Shown: piece after piece, positions 11,901 through 24,700 of the stretch
Layout: each line of letters begins with the position of its first letter
How positions within the stretch are numbered: the first letter of the stretch is position 1
NCBI GenBank assembly: GCA_000708835.1
Contig: DF237020.1
Location: 62,001-126,000 of the forward strand
DNA: 64,000 nt
Source of the DNA: Klebsormidium nitens
Lineage: Eukaryota; Plantae; Klebsormidiophyceae
Direction of reading: 5' to 3'
Notes under the pieces: model-generated
Databases searched by the model: none
Seen by the model: the letters and a program-made list of their open reading frames with translations, nothing else
Told to the model about the DNA's origin: nothing
Made by a program: the position numbers and the translations under genes

Positions 11901-14900
11901 TCGCCACTTAAGTCTGCAGCGAAGCCCTCCTCGTGCCAGCATCACTCGCGAGCTTCGAGGTAACGTCTCACCCAGATGCTTTGAACACAAAGTTCTTCAC
12001 TTCGATGACACGAGCTTTCACCATTCATATCCCCGTCACTCAAACCGTTCATAATCTGCGCGCGCAGGGCACGAATTGCTGCGGTACGTGCGTGGTGCTG
12101 GAGGGGCGCGTGCTCGCGATGGACATGACCTTCACGTGCCCCTCCGCCAACGGCATCCTCGGGCCGGGAGACTGGTTCGGCCTGGACTGCGGCGCGGGCA
12201 TTGGGGCAGCGCGTGAGTGGACGAGCACACAACGCGAGCTTTGTTCTCGTTGCTCGAGCCCTTTATGACTGTCCAGTGTTCAGACAGTCATAAAGAGTGG
12301 CCATCTTTACGTAATGAATGCGAGCAATGATGCGAACGCCCCCTTCGCTGATGTGCAGAGTCCATTCCTGTTTTTCACGCCAATAATTGATTATTGCACA
12401 CACGTTGAATCAGCGATTACTTGGTCAACCGCATTGAGAATGGTCTGAGATCCCCCAAACAATTGCTATTATTCGCAGACAACCTCACGTGGACGGTGGA
12501 TTACCGCATGATCGAGACGGGCGCCATCTTCTTCGCTCGGACGGAAGTCCTCCTGGACGTCTTCTCCGCGTCTCCGCCGGCGCCGCTGTCTACCCGCCTC
12601 CTCTTCGCGAAAGGGTACCGCGCAATCGCGTTTCTGGGTCAGGGAGCGGTGAGATGTCGCCCCTTTTGCTGTAGCAATCCTGACAATTCTGATTGACTCA
12701 CTACGTTTGTTAAACCGGGATCCGGACCAACTTTCAAATTCTTCCGAACGCGCTTCCAAGAAGTGAATTGGAGACCCGAAATGCTTTAAGCCTATGATAG
12801 TCAACTTTCACAACTCCGGCGCTCCACACTCTCCTCAAGTCTTACTAGAGCGTTTGCTTGCCCTTGATCGTGGATTTTGCAACCGAGTTCACAACAGGCT
12901 TGTGGGGATTACTGCTCCGCTTCAAAAACCCCTTACTGAGATCCAAGCAAACACGGCGCCCACTCTCATTTAGCCCCGCTAAAGCCTCAAACCCCGGCCG
13001 CGTCGCGCAGTTCGGCCGCGTGCACCTCGTCGAGGACCTGCTCGGCGGCGGCACCTTCGCCCTCAAGAAGATCCCCAAGAGCGTCATCCGCAGCTTCAGC
13101 ACCGCCAAAACGCTCGCGCGCGAGGTCCGCGCGCTGCGCGCGCTGAGCGCGAGCCGCTTCGTGGGGCGCGTCGAGCGCACCTTCGCCGACTGGCGCTTCC
13201 TGTACATCCTGCAGGAGCCGCTCCTGGGGGGCGAGCTGCACGCCGTCATTTGCAGGGGTCCGGTGAGTGGGAGCGGAACCGGAATCTGGTACGGAATGCA
13301 GGAGCCACACGCTGGCCCGCGCTGGTTTGCGCTGGTTCCTCTGAAGATACGGGCCTTTGAAAGAGAGTAATCATCCATCTGGCTGGAGCGTCTGCTATTT
13401 CTCGTCGGCACTCTAGTTTTGATCACGCCTGTCGATTCCTCGCGATTCGCGCTCCCATCACACCCTGCTCACCTTCTATAGGTTCCTTTCCAAGTTGCCT
13501 GACAACGTAAAAATACCTTGCAAATGCCGCCTAAACTGAATGGCGGGAGTAAATACTTTCGAGAACCCGATCTGACACCAGCTTCTGTACTCGTACAGGG
13601 CTGTCTTAACGAGGAGGACGCCCGCTTCTATCTCGCGTGCGCGGTGCTCGCGCTCTGCGACGTTCACTCCGCCGGAATCCTGCACAGGTGAGCGCGGAAG
13701 ACGCTTGAAACAAATTTCTTACATCATCCTGGCAACGTCATTCCTCGGGCGAGAAGGATGATCGGATGAATGTCTCGCAATCTCAATAGCCAACTTTACT
13801 CGTGAAATCAGTCCGACCTCACATTCTGTTCTGCGACGCTAAGTATAGGGACGCGAAGCCGGAAAAGGTGCTGCTCGATTGGGAACGGCTACCTCAAGCT
13901 CCCTCGCAGTTCGTATGCCAATGTTACTCTGTCGATTGATTCGTAGATTCAGCCCGACTCATGTTCCGTTCTGCGATGCTGACTACAGGGACGTGAAGCC
14001 GGAAAACTTGCTGCTCGACCGGAACGGCTACCTCAAGCTCGTCGACTTCGGTTACTCGACGCCGATAACCGCGTGCCTCTGCGACACCACGTATGTGGGC
14101 ACCGTCGACTATATGCCGCCGGAGGTGAGGATACGAGATGGATCTTAGGATGCATCGCTGACGCACTTCCCACTGATACAACCTTTTGCAGTCTCGCAGA
14201 GGAGATCTCAGATTTGCACCATCATTGGAAAGTGTCCTGAACTGAAAAGGAGAACTTGTAACTTAGAGGCCCCGCTGAAAAGATGTCGAAGTGAGACACA
14301 ACGTTTCCAGGAGTATCTTAGTATTGTCTACTTCTGTCACTCTTTGTCATTTCAATTTTCCCGAACGAGGCGCTGATTCATCGAGGCCTCTAGAAGAAAA
14401 TCTAGACGGAGCATGCTATCCGACAACGTGCAAGCTTTCGAGCTCACATTCACTCTGAAATCAACCCCGTTACTGAGCCCGTTTTTAAGATCAACCTCGA
14501 TAAATCTGCCTTTACAACAACAATCCATCCTCTAGTAGCACGAAGAAAAATTTCATTATCCCCAAACCCTTAAACCCGTTCTATCGTGCGCTCGCGGTCG
14601 CAGGTGGTTCGGCGCGACCCGCGCTGCTGGCGGCCGGCCGCCGATTGGTGGAGCCTGGGCGTGACGCTATTTTGCATGCTCACCGGGACGCTGCCCTTCT
14701 CGTACGACTGGGAGCACGACTTGAACCGTCCCGAGCATAATAAGATGTGAGAATAACTCGTTCTTGGAGCTCCATTTTGCTACGTTCTAGCCACCTTCTG
14801 CTTGCACTGGTGCCTGCCACTGACCCATATTGATCTGGAGGACTATAAAAAACAGTCGTTTGGATCGAAGAATGCGTCGAATCATTTAGGGAGCTATGTT

Positions 14901-16073
14901 GCTATAGGCGGCTGGACTTCAGCCCTCTTTACACGCCCTTCTGAGAAGCTGGCAGCCTCTGCTGAAAGCAGCGCTCTTGAGCCTTCAAAGTACCCGGGAA
15001 AAGTAAAGAGAACCTGCTCGTGAACTGTCTCGCGAAAATCTTCATAAGAAGCATACATTGCTGTACCGAACTCGGCAACAGATCCTACGTAATTTGTGGA
15101 AGCCTCCAGTACTAAATCCGTCCATGCCTTTCGCCGACTGCAGTTACCGGCGTATTACTGACGACTACTTCCCGAAGCACCACCTGTGCCAGCGCATGAG
15201 TCGCGAGGCCTTCGACCTGCTGAGCCGGCTGATGAACAAGGATCCGCGCCGGAGGGCAGGGGGCGGAATCCGCGGGGCGGCGGAAATCCAGGAGCACCCC
15301 TGGTTTGAAGGTTAGTAAATCTTCAAGGAGAAAGTTCTCGACCTTTCTGAAGATTTCCTTTCATGGTATTCGTTTTCTGAAACCAGATCAGCAGAGGAGG
15401 CCAGGCGAAAGCTTTTGGCAAAAGCGATCAATCTTGGATGCTGTGCAGCCGTCTACCGTTGATCTGTCAATTTGACATACGGTTCTGTGTTGAATGCCTG
15501 GCGTGTAAGCGCGCGAGTTATGACCCGTTTAATTGATGCAGCCAAAATATTGGGCTTCGATGGGCCACAGAAAGCTTAAGATTGGCGTTTAATTGGGTCC
15601 GACTTTCCCGCAGTCTTCCTTAGCATGACCGTATACTTTTGTATTGTAAGTCAGCGATTCGAACTTCGTCATTTGAATCTTCGTTGTCCACACATTTAGG
15701 CAAGCCACAAGTGCGGAAAGCATTGCCGTTCAAACACTGAGCACAAAACTACAGATGAAGCTTGTGAGCACGTAGGAAACTAGAGATGTGTGCACACTTC
15801 GTCAGATGCGGAACGAAATAACTGAGAAATCAGAGCTTACGAATGCCAATTTCGACTTAGACATTTGCTTCTTCTGCAGGCTTCAACTGGTGGGCTCTCA
15901 AAGCGGGACGAATGCGCGCGCCATACATTCCGTGCGTCACGAACGGCCACGACGCGTCCAACTTCTGCCCGCCACCGGAACAGTGTGCGCCGGAGCCGGA
16001 AGACACGTTCCCAGACGATCCGGCACTGGTAGAAGAGAATCAGAAGCTTGACCGGCTATTCAACGAGACGTAA
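8926..16073 (+). CDS. AGC-family Ser/Thr kinase (PKA/PKG-like) with a long low-complexity N-terminus and one degenerate cNMP-binding domain
   Basis: 12 phase-compatible exons: ~8926-9847, 10101-10182, 10591-10779, 11062-11623, 12068-12212, 12479-12648, 13011-13262, 13599-13687, 13989-14124, 14604-14746, 15144-15310, 15880-16073. Motifs: LGQGAFGRV, FALK, LQEPLLGGEL, HRDVKPENLLLD, GYLKLVDFG, GTVDYMPPE, ADWWSLGV, HPWFEGFNW, APYIP..DASNF (AGC tail). cNMP-like segment: LLRRVPGIG...YGSGEVIAKTG...VVLEGRV...LGPGDWFG. The true start codon is uncertain. Confidence 0.9.
13806..14040 (+). repeat. Tandem duplication (140 bp period) of the kinase intron end plus catalytic-loop exon start (pseudo-exon at 13849-13901)
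   Basis: tatag|ggacgcgaagccggaaaaggtgctgctcgattgggaacggctacctcaagctc versus the true tacag|ggacgtgaagccggaaaacttgctgctcgaccggaacggctacctcaagctc. Confidence 0.9.
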
Positions 16074-17262
16074 AAATGAGGCTGTTTCGTGGAAGCGCAT
16101 CAGCATTTTCCTCCGAGCCACCTGGAGTGTTGTCATTGTTGGTAAATGCAGGTTTGTATGAGAGTACTCTGGCCGTGAGGTTTCGTGACGTAAGGTGTTG
16201 TCCGCGAAGAGGGGTATGCTTCCAGTCGGTTGGGTTAGCGCAGGTATCTGAAGGCAATCTTGAAGCAGCTTTGGTCGTCATGCAACTGAATTCGACTTCA
16301 CGACCGTATCGTAAACGTTTGTTGTCTGAAGTAGTTTTGCATGTAAGCCTGGGAGTTGTTGTAATGAGGAGATAGTTCAGGAGTACTCAAAAAAGAAGCG
16401 CAGCTAGCAGAAAAGATTATACTTATTGTTACGTAGTGCTCTTCGATCATTTCCAACTTGAATTCCACTGCGCAAGCGAGTGAGGGACTGTGCCGGTGAC
16501 GATTTCGTAAGTGGATCTCATGTGCTTCTTAAGGCTCTGCGTGATGCACCGTACGTCATGGTATACGCGGCAAATCATGCGTAGATAAGTTTCTCAGCAC
16601 ATGACCGCTGTCAAATTGGGCGGATCACAATCTGCAGATCGTACCGAACTTTACTCTCACAGTTGTTGGTTATATGTCCCTTCCACCAGCCTGTCCAGGA
16701 TCCGACACCTTCATGTAGCTAGTCTTAAGCAAAGCGACGCAACATTTGAACGAGTGCCGTTGGGTCTAGCTGAGCTCTAACGCATTCGAGTGTCGATGTC
16801 GGACAAATTTCGATTTCCCATGAATCATTCGGATCTGCAGACTCCCGGCGTAAGTTTGTCTTAGTGGCAGCTCTGCCCAATCAGCTCATGTGCTCATCCG
16901 ATCCAAGTGCGTGCCAGATGCCGGCCTGAGACTGCGCATCGAATGGACGTAAATTCGGCTGTGCGGCGCATGCAGAAGTCATTTAGATCCTTCATGAATT
17001 AATAATTCTACACGGCCATCGACCTGCACACTAGCGGCATTGACCAGGCGCAGATTGGTAAATTTGCCGCGCTCTCAATTACGACACTATCTGCATACAG
17101 TAGGATCTTAATGTCAAAAATAAAGTACGTGCGCAACTGCCGGCAATAGGCTCCTCGCACAATGGAGGGGCTGTGGACACTTTTGCACGTATACGAGAAT
17201 TGTTATGGGCAGTCGATTAAGCAATATTGATCAAGATCTAAATCCAATCCCGACCGAAGACT

Positions 17263-20178
17263 CTACTTTAGCTTTGCACAGAATTCGTCTAGCTTGACAA
17301 TGTGTATCCTGTCGAAGGACTCAGCCTCCTTTCGCTCGTCAGCCGTGTTGTAGCCCCAGTCACCTGCAAAAGATAAGATTTGCTGCTCGAAGTAGTAAGA
17401 CGGAATCGAAACGTTTCGCTCAGGTCGATTACTTGAGGACATTGACGCCATCAAACTAGCAGACGGCATGAAAGCAAAGACGCCCGCTGAAAGACACAGG
17501 CAGATGCAGGACACTATCATCTGAGTCGAACCTTTCTCCCCAATGGAGCTCTGCACGAACGCACCTCTTCACTTCGAACGCCCCCATCGAAGTTGCTTAG
17601 CAATGATGAGGCCGGTTTTGCTCGTTTTCAACGCTGATCAAGAAGCTCACCTAGGTACAAATTCCAGTCGTTCAAGGCAGGATCTTTGATGACGTTCTTC
17701 AGCGTCGCTAGTCGGTCTTCAACGAAACTGCAGGTACGACCAATCGGGATCAACAGAAAATGGCGATTAGATGGCACGGTCAGTGGAAGGTAAAGTGCCT
17801 AACAAGCGCAAGAAGCTTTCGCAACAAGAACGGATGGACATCGTGATCAGGACGCAAGCAACGACGGGTCTGCCAGGAAGCAGCCAGCGACCCGAGCACC
17901 ATTTCCCAGATCTGACGTCCGACGGTTGATGGCCCGAATGGGTGATCGCGAAGAGTTTTATGAGTCGAAACTCACTGCAAGCGCGCGCCCTTGTGCCGCT
18001 CCTGTAGCTTCTTCAACACCTCAACTTTGGGACTGCAAATACAAGCGCCAACGTCTCAGGGCCTGCTTGTCTGTAAAACGGAGGCTTCTGAAACGCAACA
18101 GCACGGCTTGCACACGCCACCAAGAAAAGCCTGCTTCGACAAATAAACCGGACCGGGAAGACCAGCGGAAAGAGATGCAATGCGTAGGGGTCACCTTTGG
18201 AAAGAAGCTGAAATCCGCTCGAAAATCCTTCGACAAAGTTTAGGAGCAAGAAGTTCGTTGTTAAGCGCTGTGGCAAAGGCTCACCCGGTGCCCAGGCCGT
18301 AGATGTGGTCCTCGGGGAAGGTGACGCCCGCCAGCTCTTTCAGCAACGCCAGGGCGAAACGCGTCTGGGAGGTGGGAAATCGGGCGAGCTTATACATAGC
18401 CGAACGAGCTTTGCTTTACTCGAACGAGGTCTCACAAAGCCTCATGGGGACGCAATGTTAGAGAGTGACCGGGCCAGAGAGTCAGTGTCGAAATGCATAC
18501 GTAAGCAGCAGCGAGCCAATGGCAGAAGGGCTTCTTGAGAAATCCTTGGCATGGAAGCAGGGGATTGGACCAGAGTGTGCAATGAACTGACGGACCTGCT
18601 TTGTGGTGACGATGTACAACTTGGACGACGCGAACTTGAGGGCGTCACTCACTCCAGGGTAGAACCTGCACGGGAGCAGAAGCGACAAAGCTTCGTTACT
18701 GGAGAGTCAGTCCCTTCGATTTCGCGATGAGTCTTCATGACATTCTTGAGAAGACAAACCGTCTCGCAGGTTTTATCCAAATTTTGAATGTTCTCGCAGA
18801 GGACTGATAATAAGCAAAGTTTCCCCAAGCTGCCCAGACGTGGTGAGGTTCAATGTCCTTGAGAGGCTACTCCTCTCTCCATTGGACTGGAGTGGATCCG
18901 TCTGCTGCAATGGTATGGTTGCGCTTAGCATGCATATGTGCGATCTAAGTCACCAATTCCTTGTAGGGCGGTCAGCAGGGCCGTCAATCAAACAGGGGAC
19001 ACCACCCCACAGAGTCAGCTGCGATGCGTCTGGCTCAAGAAGAACAGTACGGCACAAGCGACAAAGAGCATACGATTAAGAAACTTTTCGCCGCTTCTTG
19101 TACAAGTTTTGGTCGTTTAATCGTCGACTCATCTTCACAGAATCATGAGATGGTCGTTGCTTGAGACTCTGCTTGGTTATGAAGCCTTACCTGTTGGCCG
19201 CAATCCAGGTATGCAGATCGTGATCCATCCAGTCATCCCGCACTCGGCCAAAGAGCTCCACTAGGGGTTCTTTCTCAACGCCCCACTCCGCCATTGCAAC
19301 GGGCTTGACCTCATGCTCCCAACCAGTCAGCAACGCCGCGATGCTCAACTCGGAAACTACCTGCGAAAGATATACTTTGATGAATGCAGGAACAACAAAT
19401 CCCATGCCTGTTGTAGCAGGTCATAGCCCCCCTCATCACCTTGTGCGTGCAGCTGCTTTCCCTGTACTCATGAGAGATTGCTTGCTATCCACAATGGAGC
19501 CTTGCGGAAAGAACATCAGACCAGCATGAAACAGCTGTTATATGGACATGGCCTGGCAGCCCAAACGCTCAGCTCACCTTTGATGCATTGGATGACGGCT
19601 GCGTCATCTCAAGCAGCAGCCGCACCAAGAGAATGTTCTCGTACCCAGTCTCAACGACAGGCCGAACCTGCAGAGTGACAATGCTGGTGCTTATCAGACC
19701 AGCTCTATCCCCATGTCTCAAACTAATCTTCCACGATGTTCACGTAATCATTGTTGTGTTGATGACTAAAAAGCTACCACTACATCCTGCTGAGTAAACA
19801 ATGAATAGCATCCTCTGCTAACTTTGGCTGCTCACCGTCCGCATGTCCGCAAGGACCTTCTCTTTCACGCCTTCTCCCACGTCCGCAAATAGCTCAGGCC
19901 ATTGGATTGCAGCCGCCTGCAGCATTGACGAAGCAATTTCCAAGATGGACAGTTTATGGCATTGCACCATCCAACTTTAAATACCGTTTCAGTCACCTTG
20001 CAGATTGCACATCGATAATTGAAGGTGCATATTACAAGATGAAAGATTCCAGCAGTGATCAAACAGAGCAGCCACTATCGGAGTTGCAGATGATCACCTT
20101 CCACGCCGATAGTGAGCTCTCCCCGCAGCTATCACAGAGGACGCCGTCAAAATCTAGGGCGTACAGATCTTGTCCCAT
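17263..20178 (-). CDS. HAD-superfamily hydrolase-like protein (conserved plant/cyanobacterial family)
   Basis: Exons encode MGQDLYALDFDGVLCDSCGESSLSAWK, AAAIQWPELF, VRPVVETGYENILLVRLLLE, LVELFGRVRDDWMDHDLHTWIAANR, FYPGVSDALKFASSKLYIVTTKQ, TRFALALLKELAGV...IYGLGTG, PKVEVLKKL, FVEDRLATLKNVIKDPALNDWNLYL, GDWGYNT...FCAKLK*. HAD motif I (DFDGV) is present. An upstream transit-peptide exon cannot be excluded. Confidence 0.9.
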
Positions 20179-20649
20179 ATTTGTATTTTAGATGCCCTCT
20201 CGGAAAGCTCTGGTGATCAGGGTGAGGGCCCGATCGTGGTTGCCCGTCCAAATGCGCAGCCCTGCCGCGTAACTTAAATGCTGTGTCGAACATGCAACAA
20301 GATGGCGCAGTGCTGGCGCCGCAGGAGTTTTCCAGGGACAAAGAAGGGAGCCAGGCAAAATATCAGCCCAATTGGAAGGCACGCAATTTCAGCGTCGGTA
20401 TGCAGGCGAAAACCGGCAGTCCCCGCCCGATCTGATTCACTAGCTGTTCAGCCTCTGAAAGGGCTTTGCCGCTTTTCAAGCACGTTTCCCGTTGGCAAAA
20501 CCGTCTAGGTAGCTCAAATGACACTGCGCACGACATATCGTGCGAGCGACAAGTGGCTTGAAGCGTATGGATGTCAGGAACTTCTGTTGTCACTGTCAGC
20601 AAGATAACGGCAATACTTGTCCTGACTCCTAGCTAGGAGTCCGACTCCT

Positions 20650-21094
20650 NNNNNNNNNNNNNNNNNNNNNNNNNNNNNNNNNNNNNNNNNNNNNNNNNNN
20701 NNNNNNNNNNNNNNNNNNNNNNNNNNNNNNNNNNNNNNNNNNNNNNNNNNNNNNNNNNNNNNNNNNNNNNNNNNNNNNNNNNNNNNNNNNNNNNNNNNNN
20801 NNNNNNNNNNNNNNNNNNNNNNNNNNNNNNNNNNNNNNNNNNNNNNNNNNNNNNNNNNNNNNNNNNNNNNNNNNNNNNNNNNNNNNNNNNNNNNNNNNNN
20901 NNNNNNNNNNNNNNNNNNNNNNNNNNNNNNNNNNNNNNNNNNNNNNNNNNNNNNNNNNNNNNNNNNNNNNNNNNNNNNNNNNNNNNNNNNNNNNNNNNNN
21001 NNNNNNNNNNNNNNNNNNNNNNNNNNNNNNNNNNNNNNNNNNNNNNNNNNNNNNNNNNNNNNNNNNNNNNNNNNNNNNNNNNNNNNNNNNNNNN
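20650..21094. other. Assembly gap (445 N)
   Basis: Run of n characters. The 194-aa ORF at 20629..21213 in the track is an artefact of this gap. Confidence 1.
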
Positions 21095-21747
21095 TGTACA
21101 GGCCCCAGGCCCAGGGACCAGCAGAGCTGCTGATCAGTGTCTATCAGAAGGAGCGGAGCAGCAGACAAGCCCTTGAGGCGTTTCTTTTCAGAGCTCGCGG
21201 GTCGTGCTGTCAACAGTACAGTGTTGTTGACAGTACAGTAGGTAATCCCAAGAGGCCTAGTAGAAAGCGGTAGATTAGATTCAAGCTACTCAGGAGAAGG
21301 GCTTGATTGGAAATGCGAGCAAGGCGTGACACCTCCATGTAGGAGGGTAACCACCATCCTTACCACGCCTGCATCTCCAGGGCGGGGAGTTAAAAGCTGC
21401 GTATTTGCACAGGAATCTCTCCATCGCGCTGTCAGGCTTGCGATTGCTAAGGCCACTGGTTTCTTGGCTGTTGCAATTGTCTTAAGGCACTTGCAGTGAG
21501 CTCTTCAAGTGTCCTGCATTTGATTCTGGACCCAACATTGTTAACGAGCTAAGAGCTGATTGAATCAGTACATCACTCGACGGACCACTCTTTGGCATTG
21601 ATCATTCACGGATGGCTCGGAGCCTTCTACTGAATCTTAGCAATCCAAAGAGGTACTGAAGGCTCCAGACTGGACAGCTCAATCAGTCTAGGACTGCAGA
21701 ATTAACCTTGTTTTGGCACTTGCTGCGCCCTCTTCTGAGCGCTCAAG

Positions 21748-24700
21748 ATGGGGGGCGCTCTGCAAAATCTTGGCGTCTCGGCGGCCATCAATCTGGGCGC
21801 AGGGGGTCTATTTGTGGCGGCCTATATGGTGGCGTCGCGCTTCCCCATCAATATGCGCGTTTACTTCTCTGCGCTGTCTGAGGTAAGACTCCAATCGGTC
21901 CATTGCCCCATATTCATAATCGTCTCTCAAGTGAGCATATCCTTTTGTTCTTTCATTTACCATCTAATATTTTCATGTAAGAAAGTACAGACGAATTTGA
22001 TTGCACTCATAAAATAGTAATCTTCATCTTTCTCTCTTGTGTTTTCCTTTCCCTGCTTTTGCTAGCAACTTTTTCCATCATTAAGACAACGCTGGTGCAT
22101 TTTGGGCGTCTCCTTCCAAAGACAGATAGGCAACATACTAATGCGAGGGCAAGCAATTCGAACTATTTGGACATCTCTCATTGCTCAAAAGTAGTGCACA
22201 TCCACATTTCAGAACTTTCCGTCGATTCTGTCGACGACTCCAGCGCTCGTCCATCTCCTGACTGACAACCAACCCCATGCAAAACTTGCTTGACGTCATA
22301 CTGCAGACATATTTTAGAAGCATAGCTTATCATGAAGAATTGTTTATTGAAGCTAATTAGATCTTGATTAGATCTTGATTAGATCTTGCGACAGCCCTCA
22401 CCTGCATTCCTGAGAGTGCTTTGGTTCCGCTTATGCTGCAAGAACGCTGCATCGCTTGATCCAACTAGGAACCACTAAACAACCTGACTTATCTTTGAAG
22501 TCCAGTTAATCATATCTTGTGCTGCAACAGTCTTCAGCTTGAACACGAAGCAGTCCGCAACAACTTTTACTACCAGCAGCCCCTCTTTTTTCATCTTGAC
22601 CTACATCGTCCATTCAATTAAGCTCTGCTGTAGCCCTCCAGACATAACTTCAAGAGCCGTGAGTGTAGACGCAGACCTCCAATCAAACCCGTCTTTTAGC
22701 CACTTTTACCACCACTTCTGAGAGCTGAGCTTTTTCTGGCCCATTGCAGCGGGACCCGGACAAGTTTGCGCACACCGGGAAGAAGGGGCTTGCAAGCCTC
22801 AAGCCGGACTTCCACATATTTGACTGGCTCAAGGACGTGCTGAGGATGTCAGAGGAGGAGCTTATTAGCATCGCGGGGCTCGACGCGGTGCTGCTCCTGC
22901 GGATTATTGCCCTCTGGTATGAGCAGACGATGGCCACATAAACTGTCAGTTCTTTGCAAAGAAAATGGAAGGACCGAGTGCTTCTCTGATATCGATGCAT
23001 ATAGCTGGTGAAAGGGAAGTTCAAAGGATCAGTTAAGCAGTGTATACTTGACCATGAAGCGGCACCCTGCGGCTCTGGAATGTGGATGCAATAAATATGG
23101 GCAAGAAGAAGTTGAATCCCGAGTGTTGAAGTTGGTAGAACCTAAAACGAGTTGCTAATGAAAGTCTATCGTTGTTGAAGGAGAAAGCTGATGGGCTGCT
23201 TTTGGTACACATAATGGGCCCATTGATCTCTGGTAATTGTGTGGATTTGTGCCTAATGGGAGGGTGCTTGCTGATCTTGAAGTGGTCGTAAACCAGGCTG
23301 CAGATGAATCACCCTGTGCATTTCCGCGCACGTTGGAAAAGCAGTGCTAATCAAGCTCTCTACCTCATCTTGCAGTCTGAGGATGTTTGTGCCGATCACG
23401 CTGTGGGCGTTGGTGGTCTTGATACCCGTCAATGCAACAGACCACAACGTCGAGTGAGTGCCCAGCAGCTTGAAAGTCCTGGTCTACCGGCCAGGATTAC
23501 TCAGCAATTCTATGCGACGGGAGCCTTTCTATCTTGTGCAGCTTAATGCCGAGCGCTTTTCTGAGCGCCTTGAAAGCTGACTTCAACCAGACCAATTTAA
23601 GGTACCTACTCGAGAGGGGACAGCTAGCTGCAGACAAGACAAAGAGCTCGCTAGGGGTTTTCGGCGCGAAGCGACGCAAAGCTCCAAATCCTGTTCAAGG
23701 ATTCCGTGCCAGCTTTGTTTTATTTGACGATCCCCAGTCCTTAAAAACAACTCCTGTGAAGAATCGCAAACCTGCCGCCCAAATACCTCATCAATAGCCC
23801 ATTGCGCTGACGCTGCCAGAAGTCTTACCGCATTTGGTCCCTCTTAAGGCTATCCCATGCTTCATGTTCTGCTGGCGAGCACCCTCTTTCGAACTGCCCT
23901 TGTCAAGCAAGAACCCGTGAAGCCTTTGTCAACTTCCTTTTGCCTCAATCTTCACAAGAGCACACTTAATGTCCTCTTTACTGGACTCGGTCAAGCAAGA
24001 GACGGAGCACAAATCCTTGCACAGTTCTTCTGGACAGCCTTTGCAGACGCATCGTCGTCGTCCCTTTACGATGTCGTCGTGTGGAACCGGTGAGCTTGCA
24101 AGGATGCACATCTAGACAGCAGCAAATACAGGCATACGTTCGCAGTTGTCAATTTGGGAAGCGGAAGAGGTTTTCAGCGGAAGAGGTTTTCATCGTTCTG
24201 TGCTTTCGTGTGCAGTTATCAGTTGGCCGTGAACCCGAAGTCGAGCTTCGACACGCTCGACAAGATCAGCCTTTCGAACGTTCGGGACAAGTCCACCAGG
24301 TGGGTTACGATTTGGAACCGGGTTAGGGAGCCAAGTTGTTACTTACCAGGGTCACGATTTGCTCATGAGAACCACGGAAACAGTGAATTACAGCGCACAA
24401 CAATGGCAATCGCTACCGGAAATTGAATCGCACACGGTCAGAAACTCGTATTGGGTGCTTGGTGGCCTGGGAACTGTTGGAACTCAAGCAAGTGCATCAG
24501 AGGTCGTCTTTTGTTGACCCTTCTGAAGCACCCCCTTCGAGCATGGGTTTCTCGCACTCGACCTGTCTCATGCCGCAAAACAACGTCACAACTCCGATCC
24601 AATCATCTCTTCGAGTTCATTCCTTACCCCGTGCGTTGACACTAAACGTAACGACGCTGGTCTCTCCACAGGATGTGGGCGCATCTGGTGTCGAGCTACC

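Noticed and set aside
20629-21213. 194-aa ORF
   Set aside because: It consists mostly of N codons from the assembly gap.
21937-21946. ATATCCTTTT (also GTATCCTTT at ~55246) resembling U12-type 5' splice sites
   Set aside because: No matching TCCTTAAC branch site and acceptor, and the OSCA model is complete with U2-type introns.
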